DNA from: Octopus sinensis | Taxonomy: Eukaryota | Length of the DNA: 64,000 nt | Assembly (NCBI RefSeq): GCF_006345805.1 | Contig: NC_042998.1 | Coordinates: forward strand, 135,656,001 to 135,720,000 | Direction of reading: 5' to 3' | Part shown: in pieces, positions 49,883 to 62,930 of the stretch | How the letters are laid out: every line of letters starts with the position of its first letter | Position numbering within the stretch: position 1 is the stretch's first letter | Program-made: the position numbers and the translations under genes | Notes under the pieces: generated by a model | What the model was told of the DNA's origin: nothing | Seen by the model: the letters and a program-made list of their open reading frames with translations, nothing else | Database searches by the model: none

Positions 49883-51798
49883 TTAAGACAGCCACTGCCG
49901 CATAAATGTGTGTGTGTGTGTGTGTTATGTCAGTTGATGCCTTTATTCTAATGGAAGGAAATATATTAAAAGGACATCCAGCCATAGAAAATCTGCTTCA
50001 ATAAATTCCATCCACTTCATGTGAGCATGGAAAAGTGGATGTTAAAACTATATTGATGGTAATGTCTTTTGCTCTTTTGATACCAAGCAGCCTGAGACTA
50101 CCTCTGGTTCCATGAACACAAACAATTCATTTTAAAGTGTTAATACTTATTTTAAAACATTGCTTCGTAATTTTAGGTAAGAACTTTTCCTAAATCATAT
50201 TTCAAGTACTAGCTCAGTAACAGAAATTATTTTGCAAAATTCCTTAAAAATTCTTGATTATTTTCAAAATTAACTGATACTCACTCAGAGTATGATAAAT
50301 TAAAAATATGATCGCAAGAGTTAGCGATTTTCCATGAGACATCTTGTTTTTACAGTCACTTGAAACAATGAAACAATATATTTTGCATAACTAATGAGGC
50401 TAATACTGAGGACATAACAATTAAAATATTTTTTTCTGGTGATGGGTAGAAATCAAAGGAATTGGTGTTAATAGGTTTTTTTTTTTAACATTTCACTTTC
50501 ATTGTTAATTTTACATACAATGTATGAGGCAAATTTCACCTTTCATCCTTCCAGAGTTGACATGGGAATGAGGCTGATATATAAGTACTATTGACATCCT
50601 CCTGTCTTGGACTCTCATACAAATATGTAGTGGCCTTATCAATGTCAGAATTCAAACTATGTAAACTGTTAATAATTTAATGGGTAGCAGGATGGTTAGA
50701 GCATCAGACAAAATACCTATCAGTATTTCTTTTGGTTCTTTATGTTCTAAGTTCAACTCTGAGGGGATGAAATAAAGTTCCAGTTTAGTATTGAGGATCA
50801 CATTAACAAGCCTGCTCCCCACAAAATTTGTTGGACTCATGCCTTAATTAGAAACCATTATGAGAGGAAATCAAATTTGACAATAACAATCTGAAACTGT
50901 TAATTTAAAATATAATGTTGGAGGTAAAGGATATATTGTATGATTGTATTATTAAATTATGGAAATCAAGATTATTTTAAGTTTTATTGACTTTTGTTTC
51001 TCTTTATTCTCTTGTGTATTTTGTACAAAAATAAATGTGGAATTTAGATATTCTGATTAATGAATCACACTAGATAAGAAAAGATACCACGTCTTATTAC
51101 TGGCTGGTGAAATAAACATAAGATGCTTTGACCCATGCAAAAACTGCAGCAACTACTGAGATATTACAAGCTCATCTTTTGAATCCATCACAATGTTGGA
51201 AACCCTTTTATTTATCATCAGCAGGTACCACAGGGTCACAAGCATTTTGTAGAATTCTTAAAATAAAGTAATATGTCTTGAGAGATGAGTTTTAACATTT
51301 TGAGTACAGAACTCTCATTCAAAAAACTGATTTTATTTTATTGAATAAATAAGGATTTGAATAAATTAGCATATCTACATTTTAATAACATACTCTACAT
51401 ATATACTGTAGAATTTAGAACAAATTATCAACTTATGCAAGAATTTTCGTAATATTTCGCAGTAGAGTAAATTATCTTAGGGCCATTTACTAAGATTCCA
51501 AAAAGTTAGCAATGAATCATAAACAGAATTATTATTAAGGCAGCAAACTGGCAGAAATGTTAGCACGTCAGACAAAATGCTTGGTGGTATTTTATCTGTC
51601 TTCATATCCTGAGTTCAAATTCTGCTGAGGTCGACTTTGCCTTTCATCCTTTTGGGGGTTGATAAATTAAGAACCAGTGAAACACTGGGGTTGATGAAAT
51701 CGACTATTCCCTCCCCCAAATTTCAGTCCCTGTGCCTATAGTAGAAAGGATTATTATTATCATGAAATATTTTCTAAATGGCTCAATGAAAACAAAGT

Positions 51799-51841
<43 letters not shown>

Positions 51842-54089
51842 TGCATGCACACTGTGTCTGTTATAGAAAAAAGTATTTTAAAATAACATTTTTCATTTAT
51901 TTTTCCAAAAAAAAAAAAAAAACTGTTCAAAGTTAAATTATAAATCATTGATCTGTTTTAAATCAGCTTATCATTTTTATGAAATCATTAAAAAAGAAGA
52001 AAAATTCCTTTCCGTATACTTTTCATAGTGCCAAATTTGTGATGCAGTTTACATTCTTACTGAAGTTGTCCATGATTCTAATGCACTGCTCCAATCAGAT
52101 GTATGTTGAGAGAAAACAGGAGTTTCTGTTTAAATTCATAACAGCATAATATTTCAAATAGTGAAATCATACCAGGATATTGGTTATCTAGAAGTGGTGG
52201 TGGAATCAAATTTGTGAAAGAAAAATCTGCTTGTGATTAGTAGATTGAAGTAAATTTTGATTTTTCTCTATCAACATTTTGGACTTGGTACAAAAAAAAA
52301 CCCCAAAAAAACATGAAATTGATTTTTAAAAAAAAGCAATAAAAGCCTTTCATTTGAAAATATCTTTCCAGGCTTTTTTAGGGTGAGTTATTTTACTATA
52401 AAGCATTTTTTCAATATTTGAAGAAGAAATGCTTTTTGATTTTATAAATGTATAATTTGCCTTAAAACTGAAATGTTTATTTTTATTGCTCAGCCTATTA
52501 AAGATATAATTTTAATAAATACTATTTGTTTCATTTTCTTTTTCTGTTATTGAAAGTTTCTGATAGAAATTAAATTCATTCATTAAATATGATTGATTTT
52601 GATTCAAACCTAATTATTTATTATATTTACAATAAATAGTAATTTCTCTTTCTTCCAGTAAAACTGTTATCATAACAGTGGGGTATGTCATCAATCTGTT
52701 ATATAAAATTTCAAAAGTATATTTTTTGTTATCACATTAAAGGTAAGGACCTAAATTCTAATTTTACATCAAGTGGACAAAGACCAGCCTAAAGGGGACA
52801 TGTGTTAGCTAGGTGGTAGGTACAAACTTTTTTGTGTTTTAAGAAAGTGTCAATATTCACCAAACAGCTAAGTTCCACAGCAAAGAACAAGCTATGCAGT
52901 ATAGAAGTGGGTTTCATCCATTTACATTTAACACAAAACCCTATTAACACAACTAGAAAACTAATTGATATGTAATTATTTAAACTGTTTAGATTTTTCG
53001 GTTTCATTAAAAGGATCTGGTTGATTGCCATCACCTCATTCTATAATCCACAATTTTGAATTGAGAACACTGGTATTGAATGATTGTGCATACCTTGAGG
53101 GATAAAGAGAGACAAGTGATTTTTGGAGTTATAGATTAATGGAAAAATTTTAAAACAGCAATAGAAAATTTCTTAAATGTCAGTATAATTGAGTGCAAAT
53201 TATTCGGAAGTCATCGATAGTTTGTAGCTTCTCATACGAATTCAGTGATGTTCATTGATTTCCAAAGTTCTGGAAATCAATCACTTTTTGAAAGATTGGA
53301 AAAATACAAACACAAAATATAAAAGATAAAGATTTCCTTTTATTTCATGATTGCTACAAAGTGTGTAAAATTAAGAACTGAGAGGGCCCATAGGTTTCTA
53401 AATAAAAATAGGGGATAAATTTTCTTTGCCATTATTAAATAATAGAATGTGAATCACAAAAACTGCACAGTCTAACACTTTTTTGTCAAGCTTTCCACAT
53501 GATTTAATTTTGGCCAGTTTGAAAAAATTCAAAGATCATATTTCAGCTTTAAGATTTTACTACTAAAATTTAAATTCGTTCATAGATTTAAAGAAAAATA
53601 TACCAGAAAATAAGCTTTTTAAAAAATATTTTTCCCCTAGCAAACATTAACTGTTTACAATACAAATAATTATTGAAGAAAGTGCAGTTTTAATGACCAG
53701 ACAAAGCGTGAACAATTCTAATATCTTTTGACCCAAGGTTTCAATATAAAACAATACCCAGTCATAAGGTAACATGAACAATTAGCATACATTGCAAGTA
53801 ATGTTGGTCCCTCCAATGATTTTTCTGTTTAAATGTTTTCCTTTTTTTTTCTTTTTTATAGTGCAAACAAAACTGCACCCCAAGTTTTAATTAAAGGTTT
53901 CTAATTATTTCTCTTAATAACAGTAAAAAATTTGATGCAAAAAGTTTTACATACAATGACATATAAAATCACAACCACTTAATAATGTAATAAGGTTTGG
54001 AGAAGATATTGCCAGGTGTGATCAAACTAAAGAACAATTATTTTCTATAGTTAATTCTTTATATATATATATATATACACATACACACA

Positions 54090-54942
54090 CAGGGTACAAT
54101 GGGTAAATTGTGGCCATTTTATATTTCTAATTTCATGCGTGTGCATTGTTTTTGACTTTGTTGACTACACAGTATAGTAGGGTCATTTGGGGACTGTGAG
54201 AAAAACAGCAACATGACACAATTCACTCTGCTAGAAATTTGGAAATGACATGCTGTACTGCTTGGCATTTGCACCAGAAACTCCAATACTAACATTTCAG
54301 AGTGTTTGGGTATTGATCTAAGTGCTCGCTGTGTCCCCAAAACATGTACCAAGAGTGATAAAGATCAAACATCCAGTCAACATCATGGTTTTTGGAGTGA
54401 TCACTAATGATGGTAACGTTATGCCTCCATTCATCTTCCCACACAACCTCAGAGGCCTACATCAAGTGCCTGGAGGAGGTAGTGCTGCCTTGGGTCAAGA
54501 GGCTGGCTGCTGGAATACCCTATGTTTGGCAACAGGACTCTACACCATGCCACACAAGCAGGAGAATTCAATCATGACTGTCAGACAATTTCTGTGACCA
54601 CATCACCACCTAACTCCCCAGACTGCAGCTCCCTTGATTATTATGTGTGGGGCACAGTTGAGTGAGAGACCAACAAAACTCCTTGTAACATCAAAGATGA
54701 ACTGAAGGCAAGGATTATGGCAGCATTCACTAATTTAAACAAGGAGACTGTCCAGAAGAGTTGCCGGAGATTCCGAAGTTGTCTGGAGGCTGTGGTTGAA
54801 GCCGATGATTTTATTAAATGAATTTACTCTTCAGTATTTCTAGATATTTTTATATAATTTTGGTAAATATATCTGTTAAAATGAGATGTCTGTTATTTTT
54901 CATTTTTGTGTAATTTAGATGACATTTTATTCACCACACTCT
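54090..54942 (+). mobile_element. Internally deleted Tc1/mariner element
   Basis: KHPVNIMVFGVITNDGNVMPPFIFP, WQQDS.PCH, PNSPDC.PLDYYVWG; diverged TIRs cagggtacaatgggtaaattgt / gacattttattcaccacactcta. Confidence 0.85.
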
Positions 54943-57187
54943 ATATATATATGCTAAAAAAACATTTGATATTTGTATTCCTTTATGTATGTTTCAAGGA
55001 GTTAATCCTGTATTTTCAGTACATCAGTAGCATGTGCCCAATCACATATTGCTGATTATATAAGATGGAAAAAATTGTAACATTGTCAGTGGTATAGGAA
55101 TTCCATGTCTCCTATAAACCATATAGCAACCTTTGACTTCCAAATTACTAAACTAAATGAAGTAGCTATGATGACATAAAGATCCTCATTGAAATAAGAA
55201 ACTATGCAGATGAAGTTTTAATCTTTGATGACATTTTCTAGAGAAAAGTATATAATAGATACAGGTTTAGCTGTGGGAATAACAAGTTTGGTTCACAACC
55301 ACATAGTTTCAGCTTTGATTTCTGTGTGACACCTTTATCTTCTACAACAACATTAGGTTAACTAATGCCTTGTGTATGGAATTTATTAGATGAAAACCCA
55401 TAAGTATGTAGGTGTCTATGTTATGGTGATTATATATTGGTAAGAAAAACAAAACTGGTAGTCTCTGAACAAAGTCTCTTGTATTTGTTCTTTACCAAGT
55501 TACAAACTCTCCCTTGTCACAAATGCAGTTAAATAATTGATGAGTTAGAAACTTGTAATTAATTGCATTATTATTTGACAGTTAAAACGTAAATATACAA
55601 ATGAGCTGGACATTTAGAGCCTGCGAATTATCTGTGGGAAAGACATGAATGTCATGATTCTCATAATTTTATCTTAAAAAACAAATGGAACCATTTCAGG
55701 CTTCGTACTAATGTAAGAAACCATTTTTTTCCTCAAATTCAGTTATGGAATATTATCTTTAGTTCACTACTCTTACAAATAATCTAATATAATTTTTTTT
55801 TTTTCATCTTTTTTCATAAGTGTTTTCACAAAATCCTTTAAACAAGTAAGTTGCATAAAATTGCTTAACTGAAATGTTTGCAATCCATCAAAATTGTTTT
55901 TACTATTCCCTACCAAAAACAAAAAAAAACATTTACCAAGACTTTATAAAACAATATCAAAAAAAAGAAGACCAATTTTATACTTGCAATGTTGATGATA
56001 TGTAGAACAACTACAGCTGTTAGACTGGGTTACCATACTAATGATTATAAAAGCAAGCACTTTCTCAGGATTATTTAAGAGTAACAAATTGATGAAGATG
56101 GCAGTTAACTAATCATTGATGTTTCAATAACATTTTGGTAATTCTACAGGTTTTCACAATTGTGCCTTGGAAGTACTCAAAAATACATTTCTTATGTTAT
56201 TTTGATAATGGGACAAAGGTTTTTTTTTAAAGAATAATATGCAGTTAACTCAGTAAAGTGCATATTTGTATCACCCCCAATGAAGTTATTTCTTTGAACA
56301 TTCACTTAATCAGTCATTATTCAAACTGCCATATTCTTTTGATTTTTCACATATATATACTGAGCTGCCATCTGAAACAAATTACTAATAATATCAAATG
56401 GGGTAGACATCATAAATGACAAAGATCTTTCACTGTGATTGCAAGTCAAATAACTATGGAGATTGTACATTAAATCTTTCACTTAATGAATTTCTAAGCT
56501 GGGGTTGATAGACAAGTTTATCTATGTTTTATTGCAGATGTTGGATTTGGGGAATGAATGTTGATATAACAAATGATTCACAATTAAAATAAATTATTTT
56601 GAATAGCCAATGGCCTATTGATTGACATTTAGGCTTTTCAAAACCTAATAAATGAAAAATACACTTTTCACCTTGGTGACAAAAGATATAATAAATGTTA
56701 GTTTATGTGAGCAGGGTTTATATTAAACACAGCAGCAATAAGGTGCTACTTGGTAGATCATCAGCATCATTAAACCCCATTGCATAGAAGGGTACCTCAA
56801 TCTAAGTGGAAATGTAATAAACAATATCAGTTGATAACACTTTGTTTGGATTTTCCATGAATTTTTTGATAAATGGATATTGTCAACAATCTGCAAAATG
56901 TGAAACAATTATTGAGAAACAATTTAGTGACATTGCAAAGATTGATTATTTCAGGAAGTACAATGAATCTAAAGGATAATTGTTTTAAGGTGGCTTTAGT
57001 TGTCAATGCTGTTGGCAAATGTGCATGTGTGTGTGTGTGTGTGTATAAATATATCTCAACTAGACCCATGAAATAGAAAAGCTGTTTGTGAGTCCTCTTG
57101 CTGTCAAAATAAAGTAAACTCTACATAATCAAATATCAAGTCTTCACTTGAGATTATAGTCTTCCTAGATGTATACTGGGTGTATTC

Positions 57188-57218
<31 letters not shown>

Positions 57219-57995
57219 GCGTACACAAATGTTACACTTTGTGAGCAAATGATTAGTAAGCAATCATATGTTTAAACTAAGATTTTGATGTTCTAGTCAA
57301 CATGAAAGATTGCAGAGCATTAAAGTTGAATAGTAAACCTAATATCAGTTTATAAAAAAGATAACTAACTTCTTAAATGCCTTTTGTTGATATCTATTTT
57401 TCTTAAGCAAAAACCAAACTAATTCTCAATATGTCAAATTTTAAGCCTGGAATTTGTTCATCTAGATATGACAGTGAATGTGGTAAATCTGTACATTCAC
57501 AACTACGAGGAACTGGTGCAAGATGTATATCAAAAAATATTTCAAAAGGGCAACATGGAAATTTAATAATCACTACAACTTAAGAATTGTAGTGATTCTA
57601 ACAAGGATTATTCAGAAGATGTTACAGTTTAGATGATGATATTGTTTTAGTCCTTAAATACTGACTCTCTTTGCACTATACACAGACTAAGGAATTTACC
57701 ATTCTCAACAATATTGCATTCATTGTTGTTTAATGGAAAGCAAAAATATCATCAATGTCCAAATGCCTATATTATAAATCTAAAATGTTAGTTAAAACCA
57801 GATGTATATCTAATATAGGCACAAGGCCTCAAATTCCTGGTGGGAAAACAACCTCCAGTATATTACTGGTACATTTTTATTAATCCCAAAAAGATGACAG
57901 TCATAGACATTTTGTCTGTCACTCTACCAATTCTGTTGATTAATCAATAAAATTTCTCTGCAATAAAATAAATGATAAAAATAAGAAATTATATA

Positions 57996-59280
57996 TTGAG
58001 TTGGCAACTAAGTCCCCGCCGTTTTTAAAAATTTTGGAATTTATAGCGTTTTTAAATTTTGGAATCTATTTTTTTTTTGAGAATTCTATTTTTGAATCAT
58101 TTTGGAATCTATTTTGTTTTTTTTCCTAGTTAATTTTAGTTAATTTTTGTTTATTTTCAGATCATTAAAATGGAATGTCAAGTTAAGAAAACCTAGCATT
58201 TTAGACACCTTCTTTTTGCTTTTAATCAAGGTTCTAAGGCCGCAAAAGCTGCTCACGACATTTGTGCTGTGTATGGAGAGGGTGCCATAGCTGGAAAAAA
58301 ACCCACTCGTGATTGGTAAGCCGAATTCAAAAGTGGAAATTTTGACCTCAAAGTGCATCTTGTTCTGGCTGTCCAGTTGAGTTCAATGAAGAGTGATTAA
58401 ACCAACTTTTGCACGAAAATTTTCACCAAATGACAAGGGAACTGGCAGAGAAAATGGAATGCTCCCACACTGCTATAGAGAAGCATCTTCACTCGATGGG
58501 AAATGTTCAAAAGTGTGGGGCATGAGTTTCACATGCTTCAAGTGACAACAACAAAAATCAACGAACCACAATCTCCGCTGGTTTGCTTGTTCATCACTGC
58601 TCAACTCATGGACACAAGCAACGATTTTTTTACTGAATCGCTACTGGCAACAAAAAATGGTGCCTGTACATCAATATGAAGCAGCGTAAGGAATGGCTTA
58701 GCCCCAGTAAGCAAGCGACACTGTGCGTGAAACAAGATCTTCATCCACATAAAACAATGTTGGGCATATGGTGGGACTTGGAAGGGATTATCCATTATGA
58801 ATTGTTTGAATGGAACCAAACAGTCAACACGGAACTCATATGTTCAACAGATGAACAACTCAACACGGCAATTCAAGAGAAGAGACCTAATCGGCAGCAT
58901 GGAGTTCTTCTGCCTGCCCTCATATCACCAATATGACCAAGGAAACCATTCAAATGCATGGCTGGGAAGTGCTGCCACACCCACTGTACTCTCCTGATTT
59001 GGCACCAACGGATTTCCACCTCTTTCAATCTCTTTCAAATGCTATGTGTGGAGTTTCGTTCAATACTGATGCAGAATTGAGAGCTTGGTTGGATCAATTT
59101 TGTGAGTTGAAATTGGGTGATTTCTACCAACAAAGGTATTTAAAATCTTGTTGAGCGTTGAGGGAAAGTTGTAAACAACAAGGGTGAATACATTATTGAT
59201 TAATTAGTTGTTATTTTTTTTTAAACCTTTTAAAAAATTTAAATTTAAAAAAAATGGCGGGAACTTAGTTGCCAACCCAA
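57996..59280 (+). mobile_element. Full-length decayed mariner (mellifera-subfamily-like)
   Basis: TIRs ttgagttggcaactaagt..ccgcc / ggcgggaacttagttgccaacccaa; about 1.28 kb; transposase from ATG 58170 (HFRHLLF..ICAVYGE, TG..KWCLY.N, IWWDLEGIIHYEL, HPLYSPDLAPTDFHLF) with stops and frameshifts. Confidence 0.9.
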
Positions 59281-62200
59281 AATAACAAGCTACTGAATAA
59301 GTTAGAAATAATGTAAGCATTTTTATGTGAAGTTCACAAATAGCACTTAAAGATATGTCTGTTTATAATGTTTTGGGTATTTAATAACTTATGTGATTAT
59401 TAAAATAGCTATTTTGCGATATAAACTGCCATAAATGTCAGTGTATAAAGATCTTTAAATTTAGAAAAAATGATGTATGATGGTTGACAGCAGACGTTAG
59501 TAATTTTTAAAAATTTCCTTTTTATGAAGCCCTAGGACTTATGAGGCTGGTTACCTGGTTTCCATGACATGTAAATGACTGAGATTACAGCATTCCCCCA
59601 GAATGGGATGCCAGTCCATGATGGGGTTCCTGACCAGTAATTTTGAAGGGAAGGGACAGTTCAATTATATTGACCCAGTACTTGACAGATACTTCATTTT
59701 ATCAACTCCAAAGGCAAGAAAGCAAACTTAACCTCAAGATTTGAACTCAGAACATAAAGAATTGGAAGAAATGCTGCTAAGCTCACTGCCTTTGGTGTTT
59801 TTAGTTACCAATGTTTTATTAATTTAGTCATTTTATACACTGACAGATACTGTAGATATTTAAAAACTTGGTGGGCACTGTTTTCTTTGAGCAAAACCAA
59901 GTGAATGTTTAAGTCATTAAACGACTGGCTAATTACATGAACTAGCTGAATGATCATTTATATAAAACTAAAAAATTATTGACTCAGTTTGTTGAAAAAA
60001 CAGCTATTGTACATGATACAGCAAAATCCAGTATTTTTAAGCAATCAGTAAATATTGAGATAAAGTGATACCGTCACAATGGTTTCTGAAGTAGCTTTCA
60101 TCCACCTACTGAATATACACTCTACAAATATCTAGTCACATACTACGTATGTGGAATCAACACTAAAGTTGATTCTTCATATGTGGTGTGTATGTGAGTG
60201 TATTCCCGCAGAGAAAGGCTTGGTGGTCTCATTCTTTTAGTAATTCAAAAGGGGTTCTCTGGACTTGAAGATTTTCATGGTTTCATATTGTTTCTATCAT
60301 TTTCAAATACTCAAAAGGATGGTTATGCATTCATCAATAACTTTTCAGGATTACATGGGACATCTCTCAAGAAAGTTTTTGCAGTTGAAACTCAATTCAG
60401 CAATGAAAAAAAAAACATTCCTCTTTTCAGTGTTCAAGAACATATTGTGGATTTATCAGAATGCTGATGTTGTTGGCAACTAGGAGTTTTCCCATTATGT
60501 GCATACAGGCCAGACATTTGCATTGTTCCAGTCAAGAAATTTCTGAGATCACAGCTATCTGTACAGTTTTGAAGCTTTATAACTTTGTACAGCCTCCAGT
60601 GTTCTGCATTTTCTAAGTTTGGTTTGACATTGGTATTTGAAGTTTTAGTTGGAAATCATCTTAAGTTTTCATTTGGGCCTTGTGCATTCACTGATTCTGA
60701 AAGCAATGCCATCAAGAGTATGGTGCTCTTGGTAAGGCCATTCTGAATAGCATGGTCAAAGAAGAGGACTGAGACTGAACATGACTAACCTCCTTCAAGA
60801 CCCCATTTGCTGAAAAAGTAGTTTTAGGCAACAACAATGGTTGATCTCATTAATGTCTAAACTGGCAGATGAGAACAATGCCAGGCAGATTGACTAAGAA
60901 GGTACTATTTGAAATTACATCTGAGTCAGCAGCAGTTTATTGTAGTTTCATCACTTGATACTGTTTCTACATATGATGCAGAGAATGGTCCTTAAACTAT
61001 AGAGTATGTGTTTCACTTCCTGGCATATTGACCTCCACCAAAAACAAATCAGTACATTCCTTCTTGCTGATATTTCCTGACATTTGCTATAGTAAAAACC
61101 CTGTTCTGTTCTGGCTTCTTTAACACTAACCTTTCAGCTTGCATAAAGCTGCCTTTATTTCTACAGCAATCTCATTCCATTGAAGGGGGTCTTAGTCTCA
61201 TGAGTTGCATGGCAACCTCACTAGTACTGGTGGTTTGAGAAAAGCACATTACAGTGGGTAATGTACACACTGTAAAGCAGTTGGCATAAAGAAGGGAATC
61301 CAGCCATGCCAAAGCAGAGATTGGAGCATGATACAGTTTTCAGATCTGTTAAACTCTGTCAAACTGCCCAACACATGCAAACATAGAAAATGGACATTAA
61401 AAGATGATGATGATGTATGTATAAGTACCCAGATATGTGCATTTTTACATGAATATGTGCATGTAAATAAACAAAATATTTAGGGGAAATATACTTTAGA
61501 CAATATATTCATAAGCAACTTAGTAATTAGTGCATAGAACAAATTGAATTCTTTTATGAAACAACAGATAAATTGTCATTACAACAGATACAGTTGAATA
61601 TATCTGCAGTAAATAATCACTCTAATAAAGTAAAATGTAAGTCTAATTCTTACATTATTCTATGACTAATTGTTATTAGATAATTGGGTTGACCAATCAA
61701 CCTGTCATTGTTTTGCTCAAAAGAAGACAAGGTCAAGTTAAATTCTTCAAGAATATTTCATATATATATATATATATATACCTTTATATATATTTTTTGT
61801 CTGTTGAAATCCAGATAAATTTATTACAAATTTTTAAATAATAAAACCCTAATTATTTATTTCATAGTCTTTGTGTGTCTATTGTGAGCTTACTCTGTTT
61901 CAAGCATTCAAACCAGACTCCAATTCTTTCTCCACCATCCATATTTTTTCTACAGATATTTATCGGTAATTACTCAGGCTGGGCATTGACCAGAGCAGTC
62001 TCGCCGATCTAAGAGAGCTTATAAAGTTCACAGGTATTGCTACTCTTCATCAGATTAACTTAAAAAAATATTGGTCCCATCGTTTTTAGTGTATGAACAT
62101 CAATAGGTCTAAGAGTTCAAGTATAAATTTAAAATATCTTTCTGGTACTTATAAATATTCATTTTCATAAAAATTTGCATTGTGACTATTTAAATAAAAT

Positions 62201-62579
62201 AAAATTCAAAAATATACTTTGTAATTTATTTTATTTAAGTAGACTTTATAATTTACCCTTATCTATGGTCAAGAATTATGGGTGACCACTTGAAGTGATG
62301 AAAATGGCATTTTCTAAAGGGTCGCTCTAATAATGCTTTCAATCTTTGGCACAGGGCCAGCAATTTCAGAGGAGAGATAGGTTGATTAGATCAACCTCAG
62401 TGCCCAACTGGTACTTGTTTTATTGACCCTGAAAGGATGATAAAAGTTGATCTCAGTAGAATTTGAACCCAGAATGTAAAGATGGTTGAAATGCAGCTAA
62501 GCATTTTACCCGGTGTGCTAACGATTCAGCCAGTTTGCCATCTTAAGGGTCACTCTAATAATATTACTCAAATGATAAG

Positions 62580-62930
62580 GTGTGAAGCTTGAAAATCAGT
62601 GGTCCATTGCAGGCCGAGCCACTATTTCTCTATATTGAGAGGTCACAATTCTGGTACTACAAACATGTTGTTAGAATGTTTGAGAAAAGAATCAAAGGGA
62701 AGATTTTGCAACCAAGGCCAACCAGTAAGAAGTGTAGGAGAACTAGACCACAAGTGAGATGGTTGCATAATGTCCATAACATCTATGGCTTCAGTTTGAT
62801 TTACTCAAAGATCTGGCTTGATTATATGCTGATGGTTGCTTTCATCAGGACACCCAGGAGAGCATTTCTGAGGACTCTACCCCCCCTGACCCACACAGGA
62901 ATAAGTGGGTGGTGAAAATGAATGAATGAA
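62580..62930 (+). mobile_element. Decayed RTE-like LINE 3' end
   Basis: EPLFLYIERSQFWYYKHVVRM..RPQVRWL, followed by a (tgaa)n tail. Confidence 0.7.

Noticed and set aside
57465-57570. Short plus-strand peptide (EELVQDVYQKIF) reminiscent of Helitron helicase
   Set aside because: Too short to support a call.
60198-60483. Plus-strand ORFs of 89 and 72 aa
   Set aside because: No recognisable domain or splice context, and the coding strand is uncertain.
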